A DNA stretch of 50,668 bases from Paludibacteraceae bacterium (GTDB lineage: Bacteria; Bacteroidota; Bacteroidia; Bacteroidales; Paludibacteraceae). The position numbers and the translations under genes were made by a program. The DNA is taken from assembly GCA_016280845.1 (NCBI GenBank), contig JAEEHO010000185.1:1-50668 (forward strand), given 5' to 3'. Below, in pieces: positions 1 to 9,900 of the stretch (the stretch's first letter is position 1; each line of letters opens with the position of its first letter). A model generated the notes under the pieces. It ran no database searches. It was not told the DNA's origin and saw nothing but the letters and a program-made list of their open reading frames with translations.

Positions 1-141
1 AGCAAAGAGCGTACAGCGATTGCTAAGAAATACAACATTACTCTGAAACGTAGCCTTGGGTGGACTCTAAAACAAATTGAAGAGTTCTTCAAGGATAAGC
101 TGCACACTTATGAAGACTTACCTGAAGAAGCTCGACAAAAG
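1..141. repeat. Terminal overlap copy 1, identical to 50528-50668. It marks a circular or terminally redundant 50527-bp unit.
   Basis: Read directly: agcaaagagcgtacagcg...gaagctcgacaaaag occurs at both window ends, 141 of 141 identical. Confidence 0.95.
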
Positions 142-1716
142 TATATTGACTGGCATACCTTAGAGTTACCTGTATGGTTACAATCTAAAGTGAACGGAGC
201 AGTCAGCTCTGATGATATCCCCTACAACAGGCTTAACAGAGAGAACGTTAAGTACTATGCACATTTAGATATTGTGTGGACTCTTGAAGCATATCTGCTC
301 ATGCAGCCTATTGTCACAATCAGAGGCAATTTAGATGCGGTTAAGCGTGAAGAGGCTAACATATATCCTCTCGTACGTATGGAACGTGTAGGCTTTAAAA
401 TTGACTATCCTTACCTGCTACAGGCAAGCCGGGATTTAAAAGAGTACACGCTGCAGCGTAGAGAAGACCTTTGTAAGTGTGCGGGGACAGACCTCAAATC
501 ATCTCAATCTCAGAAAATTCTATATCTTTTGCAAACTGTGTTTATGATAGACACAGATACAACTGAATCAGAGACATTGAGTAGGATTTGTTCAGAGCTG
601 AAGCATACTAATCCACAACATCCTGCTATCGAATTCATTGAAACATTACAGGAACTCCGCACCTTAGAGAAATGGTACAGCACGTATCTCATGCGCTTCA
701 TCAGAGATTTCCGACCTGAAGATGGTAAACTGTATACAACCATACATCAGACCGGAACTGTATCCGGAAGAGTTACCTCAGACTTCCAGCAATTCCCTAA
801 GGAAGGCATCGTAACTGTAGATGGTAGAGAGCTTTTCCATCCTCGTAAGCTGGTGATCGCCAAGGACGGTGATTTTAATGCGATAGTCTATTTGGATTAT
901 TCTCAGATAGAACTGCGCTTACAGGCATTCTACACAATTTTGGTGGGACATCCTGACTTAAATTTGTGCAGAGCGTACAGTCCTTACGAATGCCACCTTG
1001 CAGATGGCACTCCATATGATATCCACAATCCTTGGTGTATTTCTCATGCGTATGACATGGACTGGTATTACAATGAGAAACCCGAGGAGAAGTGGACACC
1101 TTTGGATGTACACGGAGCTACTACAAAGATAGCCTTCGAGATAGATGAATCTGATCCAAGATTCCACGCACTCCGCTATTCCGGCAAGAAGGTCAACTTC
1201 GCAAAGAATTACGGTGCGCAATTCAGTAGAATCAAGCAGATGTTTCCTGAGTACGACGACGAGCAGATACATAAAATTGATGATGCATATTACAAAGCAT
1301 TTCCCGGAGTTAAGAAGTATCATGAGTATTGCTACAATATGGCTAACATCAAAGCATATCTGTCCAACATGTTCGGAGTACGATACTACGGAGCATCAGG
1401 TCACAACCTAATCAACATGCTTGTACAGGGAACCGGAGCTTATTTCCTCAAATGGAAAATTGTACAGGTTGATGAATACCTACGGAAGAATCACTGCAAG
1501 AGTCAGCTGATGATGCAGATACATGATGAGCTCCAGTTCAAAATGCATAAGGATGACGACCCGCAAATCTTCTTTGACATCAAGAAGATTATGGAAACAT
1601 GGGAAGATTCCTTAATGCCTATCGTTGCAGACATGGAAGTAACTACTACAACATGGGCAGAAAAATATGAGGTTGAATCCTTGGAGGAATTCTATGGCAA
1701 AGAACAACATACATAA
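1..1716 (+). CDS. polA: Family A DNA polymerase (Pol I type), polymerase domain. It is 5'-truncated by the window edge and continues from 50033-50668.
   Basis: Frame 1 is open from base 1. Motif A is DYSQIELR, motif B is RYSGKKVNFAKNYG and motif C is QIHDEL. Codon phase is preserved when 50668 is equated with 141. The GTG at 190 in the ORF track is internal. Confidence 0.95.
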   Translation, partial: SKERTAIAKKYNITLKRSLGWTLKQIEEFFKDKLHTYEDLPEEARQKYIDWHTLELPVWLQSKVNGAVSSDDIPYNRLNRENVKYYAHLDIVWTLEAYLLMQPIVTIRGNLDAVKREEANIYPLVRMERVGFKIDYPYLLQASRDLKEYTLQRREDLCKCAGTDLKSSQSQKILYLLQTVFMIDTDTTESETLSRICSELKHTNPQHPAIEFIETLQELRTLEKWYSTYLMRFIRDFRPEDGKLYTTIHQTGTVSGRVTSDFQQFPKEGIVTVDGRELFHPRKLVIAKDGDFNAIVYLDYSQIELRLQAFYTILVGHPDLNLCRAYSPYECHLADGTPYDIHNPWCISHAYDMDWYYNEKPEEKWTPLDVHGATTKIAFEIDESDPRFHALRYSGKKVNFAKNYGAQFSRIKQMFPEYDDEQIHKIDDAYYKAFPGVKKYHEYCYNMANIKAYLSNMFGVRYYGASGHNLINMLVQGTGAYFLKWKIVQVDEYLRKNHCKSQLMMQIHDELQFKMHKDDDPQIFFDIKKIMETWEDSLMPIVADMEVTTTTWAEKYEVESLEEFYGKEQHT

Positions 1717-1856
1717 GCGGCGCAACACTAAGACTACTCCCGATAAATTCATTAAGCACTTCTGCTGTTCTGCACACAACCATCCTTCAGGATGGCGTTG
1801 GTGGTCACGCAAAGCTCGTAGGAATATACGAAGACAGGAGAAGGAGGAATTACGCC

Positions 1857-2375
1857 GTGAAGAAGTATAAATACATTTTAGGTATAGACCCCTCGGGCTC
1901 TTACAACGAGGGTAAAGGCACTACAGGTTGGTGCATATTGGATAATAACAACAAAGTCCTCGAAACAAATACATTGATTGCAGGATATTTCAAAAGCGCT
2001 AACGCATATTGGCAGGCACATATAAATCTCATTGACGCAATGAGAACAAAATACGGGCCTAGCTTAGCACTGAGCGTAGAGGACTATCTGCTGTATGAAT
2101 CCAGAGCACAGGCACAAGTTAACAGTCATATGGAAACTGTGCAGCTCATCGGAATCATTAAGCACCATTGTTATGTTAATAACCTTCCATTATATATGCG
2201 TCCTGCAGTAGCTGTTAAGAAACGCTGGAGCGATGCAATTCTTGCACACAAGGGAATATTGCTGAAATCAGGGAGACGTTATGTACTTCCTGAGACGTAT
2301 TTACCCACCTGTGAACATCAGCGTGACGCAATCAGACACGCAGTGCATTGTAACATGTTTGAAATAGAAGAATAA
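1857..2375 (+). CDS. ruvC: RuvC-like Holliday junction resolvase.
   Basis: A GTG start follows GAAGGAGGA. Motifs are ILGIDPSG...GWCIL (first acidic motif), SVEDYLLYE and a C-terminal QRDAIRHAVH, which is typical of the RuvC fold. Confidence 0.8.
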   Translation: MKKYKYILGIDPSGSYNEGKGTTGWCILDNNNKVLETNTLIAGYFKSANAYWQAHINLIDAMRTKYGPSLALSVEDYLLYESRAQAQVNSHMETVQLIGIIKHHCYVNNLPLYMRPAVAVKKRWSDAILAHKGILLKSGRRYVLPETYLPTCEHQRDAIRHAVHCNMFEIEE

Positions 2376-2440
2376 ACATGCTATAATTCAAGTGTGTTTA
2401 TGAAACACACGCAATAATAATTGGAAGGGGAATAGTACCA

Positions 2441-2995
2441 ATGAACCGTAGAGTTAAAATAGGGCTGATATTCCTATGGCTCTTGGCAGCTATAGGAACA
2501 TTCAGCAGTTGTGTAGCGCACGTACACGCTGCAGAGCTTAAGGAAGTGTACGTCACAGGCTACACAGCAACTGGAAACCCTTGTGCTAACGGACAGTATC
2601 CTGTAGAAGGCATTGTAGCATATGCTCCTGAATACATCGATACTCACGTACTTATCTTGTATGAGAGTGTCGATGGTGTTCCCGGGGATATGATTGATGT
2701 CTACGAGATATGGGATACAGGAAATCCTGCAATACAAGAAGGTCAGGTAGTAGACATCTATCATGACACTGAAGAAGCCTGCTATGCATTCGCTGCAGAG
2801 TATGGCACTAAAGGCTTCATAGAAGTCATCACTAAGGAGGAATATGATGAAAGACAGCGATTTAATAGCGAAGCAGAAACTGAAGATAGTTGTTGCAGAT
2901 GCTTACGAGATGGCGAAATTTCGTCAGACGGAATTTATACAATTAAGGAAAAACGGTTTTGGAGCCGCGGACAGCTCTATCCTATTAGGCGTTAA
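2441..2995 (+). CDS. Secreted 3D-domain (MltA-like/RlpA-like) cell-wall-active protein.
   Basis: A signal-peptide-like N-terminus (IGLIFLWLLAAIGTFSSCVAHVHA) is followed by VYVTGYTATGNPCANGQ...GIVAY...WDTGNPAIQEGQVVDIY, which matches the 3D-domain pattern. The last 152 nt overlap the next gene. Confidence 0.55.
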   Translation: MNRRVKIGLIFLWLLAAIGTFSSCVAHVHAAELKEVYVTGYTATGNPCANGQYPVEGIVAYAPEYIDTHVLILYESVDGVPGDMIDVYEIWDTGNPAIQEGQVVDIYHDTEEACYAFAAEYGTKGFIEVITKEEYDERQRFNSEAETEDSCCRCLRDGEISSDGIYTIKEKRFWSRGQLYPIRR

Positions 2996-3605
2996 TCCGT
3001 TTACAACCATAGAGGAACTCTTAGCACAGAAGCGCTCACCTGTACCTACTGAAGAAGAGCTTGCTGTAGGCCAGCTTGAAGCAGTTCGTAAAGGAGCAGA
3101 CCTTGAGCCACTCATCTTACAGAAGTTTGAGCAGTGGTCAGAACAGGAAGTATACAAGCCCGATGCAATGTACGCATTCACAGATAAGGATTATCTTACT
3201 GTAAATTTTGATGGCGTTATGAAGCTCGGAGAGCTTTACATTCCTGTAGAAGCTAAATACGTTAGCCCTACCGGATTGAAACATGCAGGCAGTTGGGATC
3301 TAAGCAAAGCCATCAACAACCTTGGAGAAGGCTCTGTCAAGACATGTGGCGGTCGTTCCATCGAAGAACATGTCAAGGAAGAGGCTACTCTGTATGGTAT
3401 TCCAGTGTATTACTTCACACAGTTACAACAGCAGATTGCTGCTTTAGATGCTCCTTTCGGATATCTTGCAGCTCTCGTCGACAAAGGCTGGCAGCTTAAG
3501 GTGTTCAAGGTGTTCTCTGATGCCATCACACAGAATGCTCTGTATGATAGGGCTTTAGAAAATGCACGTAAGCTGTGGCTTAAGAACTCAGGAGCAGACG
3601 CATGA
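2844..3605 (+). CDS. YqaJ/lambda-exonuclease-like recombination exonuclease (PD-(D/E)XK).
   Basis: AGGAGG lies 6 nt upstream of the ATG. Motifs are GFGAADSSILLGVNPF, NFDGV...IPVEAKYV and YYFTQLQQQ. Confidence 0.75.
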   Translation: MMKDSDLIAKQKLKIVVADAYEMAKFRQTEFIQLRKNGFGAADSSILLGVNPFTTIEELLAQKRSPVPTEEELAVGQLEAVRKGADLEPLILQKFEQWSEQEVYKPDAMYAFTDKDYLTVNFDGVMKLGELYIPVEAKYVSPTGLKHAGSWDLSKAINNLGEGSVKTCGGRSIEEHVKEEATLYGIPVYYFTQLQQQIAALDAPFGYLAALVDKGWQLKVFKVFSDAITQNALYDRALENARKLWLKNSGADA

Positions 3606-3775
3606 AAGATTACGGAAACAGTCCCTTCTTAAACAAGTGCAAGACTAAGCACTTACAGGTGTATCAACAGCAACAGTACTCACAGATGGAAGCTGATAAC
3701 TTTAAGCCTGCTGTTCCCGGCTGGAAAAGTTTAGCAGATAGTCCATATGCAGCCCCTAAAAGAAAGGAGAAGTAA
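3602..3775 (+). CDS. Small hypothetical protein (57 aa), below the ORF-track cutoff.
   Basis: The ATG overlaps the upstream stop (ATGA) and GGAG lies 8 nt upstream. Translation is MKDYGNSPFLNKCKTKHLQVYQQQQYSQMEADNFKPAVPGWKSLADSPYAAPKRKEK. Confidence 0.4.
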   Translation: MKDYGNSPFLNKCKTKHLQVYQQQQYSQMEADNFKPAVPGWKSLADSPYAAPKRKEK

Positions 3776-3924
3776 TGGCTACTTTAGTTTGGCTTTGGGC
3801 GTTCTTCGTAACGCACGCAGTACATCGCTGGCAGGAAGTATTTGTAATGCTCCTGATTGATTTTTATTGGGGGCTGCTCTTCTACACAGTCTACAAGCTC
3901 GGAAAGATTACAAAGAAACAATAA
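3775..3924 (+). CDS. Small hydrophobic membrane protein (49 aa).
   Basis: There is a TAATG overlap with the previous ORF and AAGGAG lies upstream. Translation is MATLVWLWAFFVTHAVHRWQEVFVMLLIDFYWGLLFYTVYKLGKITKKQ. Confidence 0.4.
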   Translation: MATLVWLWAFFVTHAVHRWQEVFVMLLIDFYWGLLFYTVYKLGKITKKQ

Positions 3925-3926
3925 TG

Positions 3927-3956
3927 AAAGCCCTCGCAGATGCGGGGGCTTTTCTT
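3927..3956. terminator. Bidirectional intrinsic terminator between the convergent plus and minus arms.
   Basis: The sequence is AAAG-CCCTCGCA-ga-TGCGGGGG-CTTTTCTT, a GC stem flanked by an A-run and a T-run. It sits between the stop at 3924 (+) and the stop at 3960 (-). Confidence 0.7.
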
Positions 3957-3959
3957 ATG

Positions 3960-6900
3960 TTACTTCTTATTCTTTCTGACTACTGGATCGCTACGCTTTG
4001 TAGCATACTTCACACGATACTGTATCTCATTTCTACGTAATCTTACGATAGATGCGTTGCTGTAGCTGTGTGCTACATTAGCTCTCATACGCATACGGGA
4101 TGCTCCGTACTTAGCGTACATATCCTTGTAGAGGCTACGCCTGTAGGCAAAGACTATGTTACGGTAAGCTGCAGGATATACTGACTTAGTACTGAGCGCC
4201 TGCCTTACAGGAGAGCGTCCGATGTCTATCTTGTATATCTGCCTTGCTCCGTAGGAAGCACCTGCAAACAGATTAACCTTAGAGTAGGTGGAGCTGTATG
4301 AACCCTTGGTTACATAAGGCTGCTGTGTGTAAGGGGACCTGTAGTAGTGTCTCACTGCACGCTGGTTCTTGGGCCTTGCGAACTTATTGGGAATATATGA
4401 GGAAGGTCTACGTGTGTACTTCTTACGATTCCACTTGGTGTAACTGCGCTTAGTGTAGCGGTTTGCTGAGGAATTGTAGGTGCGCCTGTAGCTTCTGCTT
4501 CTGTTCAAGCCTGTGCAGTTCAACAGTGTGTAGTACTTACCGTTGTACTCAATCAGAACTCCACCATATTTCTGAAGCAATGTATTGATGTCAGTAACAG
4601 CAATGCCTGCACGGTCTTTAGGAAGTGTGTTGAATAGCGACTGCGCTGTTCCTGCTTCCATCGCATATGCACCCTGCTTAATCAACGCTAAGATGTCGTT
4701 GTAAGCAAATCCTAAACTCTTAAGGATGTGGTAAGCTCTGCTGAACGCACCCTTCTCATACTTCAAATAGTTAGGAAGCGTCTGATAATAATCATTAAAG
4801 GATGCATATCCTAACGGCTTCTCATAATCTACCCACTTAGAAGTGTAATTACTCTCTTGCTCCATATCCGTACAGTTGATTAATCTGCCATCAACAGTGA
4901 GGTATGCACCTCTGCGGATAAACAATCTAGCAAGTTCATCAGTCATTCCCGGGATAGATTTCAAGTACTTCAGCGTTCTGCCGTACGCGCCCTTCTCGTA
5001 CTTGATGTAATCAGGAAGGGTATTGTAGTACTCATAGAATTCTTTCTGTGACTGTGCATTCTTCTGAGCTACTTCTTCATCCGAATACTGATGCAGCTGT
5101 CCGTAAACATCTACGTATGCATTGTGCGCTAAGATATAGCGCTGTGCATCTTCCATAGACATTCCCAAACCTATGAAGTAATTCATGGTACGTGACGCAG
5201 CACCCGGTTCGTACTTACACCAATCAGGCATCTGATCTAAGAACTCATAGTAGTCATCATTCAGCTGCTGTGAGTATGCTTTAGCCTGTTCCTCTGTGAG
5301 GATTCTATAGCGTCCACGCTCATCAATGTAGCCATACTCTGACTGCATCATCATCCACGCCTGTTCTGTGGTCAATCCATTAGCCTTCCAGTACGCTATC
5401 AATGCGGCATACTGTTCCTTGTCATACTTCACGTAATCCGGAAGATGCTCGTAAGCACTAAGAAATGCTGACTGTGCAAGCATTTTGTGGAGGTCGCTGT
5501 TCTTCAGCAGCTCTCCTGTTGCAGGATTAACCCAGCGCTGGTTCTGCAGCTGTAGGATGACTTCATCGATATCGTAGCCCTTAGCTGCAAGTGCAGCAAA
5601 GGTATCCTCTAAGAGAGCGATATTGATGTAGGTGTCGTTGTTCTTACCGTTGTTGATGTAGATGCCATTGAGGTAAGTGCCATCACCGTAAAGCTGGTCT
5701 AACAGCTTACCCATATTCTCTTCTACATCTTTCTCACCGAAGCCCATGCGCATGAACATGTACTTATAGTTGATATAAGTAGCAGGGTCTTTAAGCATAA
5801 ATGCGGGCAAGGATGAGATACCAGCTACAAACTGATGAGAGCCCTTGTACGCTTTAGCAAAGGCCTCAGCCTCTTCTTTAGTATAGCGCTTACCTGTCTC
5901 AGGATTAATGCGCTGCATTATCGCTTCGATATTGGTATTGTCGTACCAATTCAGACCTATCTCACGGTCATAGTATCCCTTCTTATCATCATTGATAGTT
6001 CCAACAATAGAAGGAAAGAATGTTCCTAAGCCATCACAGGTTGCTTGGAAAATCTTATGCATATAAGCATCTTTAAGATTCTCGTCACACAACATCATCT
6101 TGAGGTCTGCGATATTCACAGCACCATTCTTAATGTGAGTGAGCACTAAGTTGGCGAGCATACCGAATGCAGGAATCAAGTTGAGGATGTCGTAGTATCT
6201 GTCTGCAGCCCAATTCACAAAATCTCCTGATACTGGACTTGTTGCATCCCTGTATGATCTATCCGTAGGATTAAAGAAATCATTCTTATCTCTGTCTGCT
6301 AAGAATTTAAACAGCACTCCAAGAGGTGTGTAGACAGAATCCATAAGTATCGGAGGCAGCTGTCCTCGCTTGATATATTCCGGAGCCATCATCACATCAA
6401 TGCAGAGCTGAATAGCTTCTGTAAAGGAGTTACCTACCTTAACATAGTGGTTGTCACCTAAGCGCAATCCCTCAGCGTACAGTTCATTTACGCCTTGGTA
6501 TCCGAAGATGTTCTCTGCGAACCATCCCATGATGCCGTCAGTTGCATCGGGAGTTTCTTCGTCAGCCTTTACACCATTGTTAGGGTCTGCCAACCACTCT
6601 GCAACGTGTGTATCTCTAATACGTGCAGCAATGTCCTCGGTATCGTAGAAGCGAGAAGTGTACTTACTGAATCGGGTTATCATCTTCAGCGTGGAGAACT
6701 TCTCTCCAGCTGCAGCTAACCAATAAGCAGCATTGTAAATCTTAAAGGTTGAAAACGGAAGGGCTGTCTCTAAGTGTCCGATGAGTCCTACCTTGCTGTA
6801 GTCGAACTGTGACTTAACAATGTGCTGTTCTGCATAGCTGGCAGTTTTGCCTTCTTCCATGTAATGCAGGAACATAGCAGTACGAGTACGTGTCTCAGCA

Positions 6901-9900
6901 TCTTGGAATGCCTGAGCATTACCTATCAGTCTGCGGAGACTACCACGCTGGATGTTTGTATCAAGCATGGTTCCAATCACAGGTAACTTCTGAAGCCAAT
7001 CGGATGCAGTATGTGCTGAAGGAGTGTAAGTATAGAAGAGATTTGCAAGTTCCTTAGCTTCTGCAGGAGTGTATATCGGAGTCTTCGTACCTTTCTGTGT
7101 CATGTGCAGAATACCCTGATAACACTCATCATACATCTGGGACTGTATCTTATCCCTGAGTTTACCGGGCATGTATGCGTAGTGTGGATTAAGGATATGC
7201 TTCTGATAGCTGCCTGTTGCAGAAACTCTATTGAAGAGGTCTGCAATCTCTTTCAGCTGGTCATCAGTGTACTTCGTTCCAGCAGGAAGCAAGCTACGCA
7301 TCTTAGCAATCTCTGTATCCTTGGTAATGTCTAAGAGTGCAGACATTCCAGTAGAGGCCTGATTGTTGAACACGTACAGCTGCTCAAATAAATCCTGAGG
7401 GAGCGTAGCATCCGGGAACTCCTTGAAATATTTGTCTATTGTATCTACTGTTAGAACTTTATATTTTTCTACAATTTGTCCAACAATATCTTTATATCCC
7501 TGCTGATACTCTAAGGCTACGCCCATGTAGTCAAGCACATCGAGGCCTGCTTCATTAACAGCCTTCAGTGTACTATCAAGTCTATTTCTGAAGGCGCTAC
7601 CTTGGATATTACTTAAGAAGAGTAATCCGAGGATACGAGCAGCACGTGTGGTGTTTTTCCATGCTACGAAGATATCGCTGAGTGCACCTTTGAGCGCACT
7701 AGCATGACACTTCTCGTAGTCCATGAGCTTGCGCTGACTGAGGATATATTCATTCACTTTGCCTAGTACAGAGCGCTCCATAACTACTACGGAGTCATCT
7801 GCAAGGTAGCGTGTAAGCTGTTCCTGATTTGTGAGCGCACGCTGTACTGCATTGTATCTACCCTTCTTGTCAAGGGTAAGAGTCACAAGTGTGTAGCCAC
7901 GTACATCAAGCTGCTGCTTAATAGTCTTCCAGTCAGGCTTCTTTACGCCTGCGTAGTTAAGCATACTGCGCAAGCTCTGTGAAGGATTGCTGAACAACCG
8001 GAGATAGTTTGTAGTAGCCTCCATCTTATCCTGTACATGGTGTAAGCCTCTAGCCATATTGTCTATGAGCTTATCAGATGCGTAAGGATTAAAGAGGCGT
8101 TGTGTATCTATATCTCCAATGATGCTACAGTTGTAGGACTCATTAAACCAGTTATTGATTCGTCCGGGTGCAATACGAGAAGCTTCAGGGAAGTACTGCT
8201 GTAAGTTCTGTACTGTCTCTGAAGTGAGTACTTCAAAGTTGGACATCAGGTAACGGCTAGGCATGTACTCTGACATCTTATCTAAGTACTCTCCAACCTT
8301 CTTGCGTGCGTACGACATGAAGTCTGAGCCGCCTTCCATAGGCACGTAGGAATTGAACGCACCCTTGTAGCTCTGTACAGGTACTGAGAACTCATCAACG
8401 CTGTTAATAAGGTCATCAAGCTGCTTAGGAGTATAACCGCTGAGGTCTTTGTAGATGGAGATATACTCATGGTTACCAATTACAACACGCTCTAATCTGA
8501 TGTCACGTGTGTTCTTTGTAAGGTCAGCCATACGCTTACCGAACAGGATACCAGCTTCACCCTGCAGTGCAACACACTTGGGGTCGATGAGCATCATGTT
8601 CATACAGTCACGCACGAGATGCTTTTCGAAGTCTTCATCTGAGAGCATACACAAAGTCTCAACTGCAGCACGCTTGTGTGCAGTGTTAACCTGGCTGAGG
8701 CTCTTGAGCTTTGCAGCCATCTGCTTATCATAGTCGTGCTTGATGATGTAGTTGTAGTAACCATCTATAGAGCCCTCAGCAAACTTAAGTTTTGAGGGTG
8801 TTGCCTCATTGAGTGCATCTACAAGGTCTGTGAACGGACGGTGAACCTCACTGTAGAGCTCGTAGTTGATACGGTTGTCGTGTGTGAGCCAGCGTCCCTG
8901 CTGGTATGCAGCTTCCTTCAGATCCAAATAAGTACCAAGAGATTCTGCTGAGTCAGCAATCTTCTTGTACTCATCCATGATAGCACGGGTAGAAACTACA
9001 CGGTTATTGAATCCTGCATATTTATTCTCTATGAGTGCTGTAGTTGTAGCATATCTGTGGATACTGTGCGCTGAGTTGTAGACAAGCTCTGCTGCACACT
9101 CATCATAGATGGTGCACAGTGCATCTTTAAAGTGGTCAGACTTAACAATCTCGTTCGCTCTAAGTGTACCGGAGAGCTGGAATAAAGTGTCAAGGTCAAC
9201 AAGGTTTGCATACTTCTTACGGAGTACCATGATTGCTGAGTAGTATTCAGCAGCAGTGTTGAGCTCAAGGTTTGCCCAAATAGGCATATCTCTTAAGCCT
9301 GCTGTCCTAGGATGTGAGGAAACCTGCACAACCAATGCTTCGTATACTTCCTTGTATGCGTCTGCACCAATATGGTCAAGCAGTTCAGGATTCTCTATCA
9401 GCTCGAAGGTACTGTTGAATCTCTTGGAGAGTTCGTAGATTGTATCCATGCGCTCTGTAATCTCTGCAGAAGTCATGCTGCTGGTAACTAAGTTCTTGAG
9501 TGTACCTTCGCTAAACCACTCTTCCATCAGAGCTGTATCAAATGTTTTCTTGAGCTGTATAGGATTGAACTGACCATTGACTGCATTGTAAAGCGCACGC
9601 ATTGAGTTGACACGGTGCAGCTTGTCACGTCCCTTGGATGCAATATCAATGAAGTCAGAGATTCGTTTCTCACTGATGACTGTCTCTAAAGCATCGCCAA
9701 CGATTGCTGTACGAGAATGCTCAACAGCGTGTACAACCTCTTCACCTGCTTTGAAGAAGTCACTGAGTGCGGGCATTGTCTGAGGTGCAGTACCATTGAT
9801 GATATCTGTAAGGCCTTTGAGCTGCTTTGCAATCTTAGGGTCTGTATCCATTACGATACGGCCTGCAGTGTTGTTGAGCAGTACGTCTAACTGCGCATCA

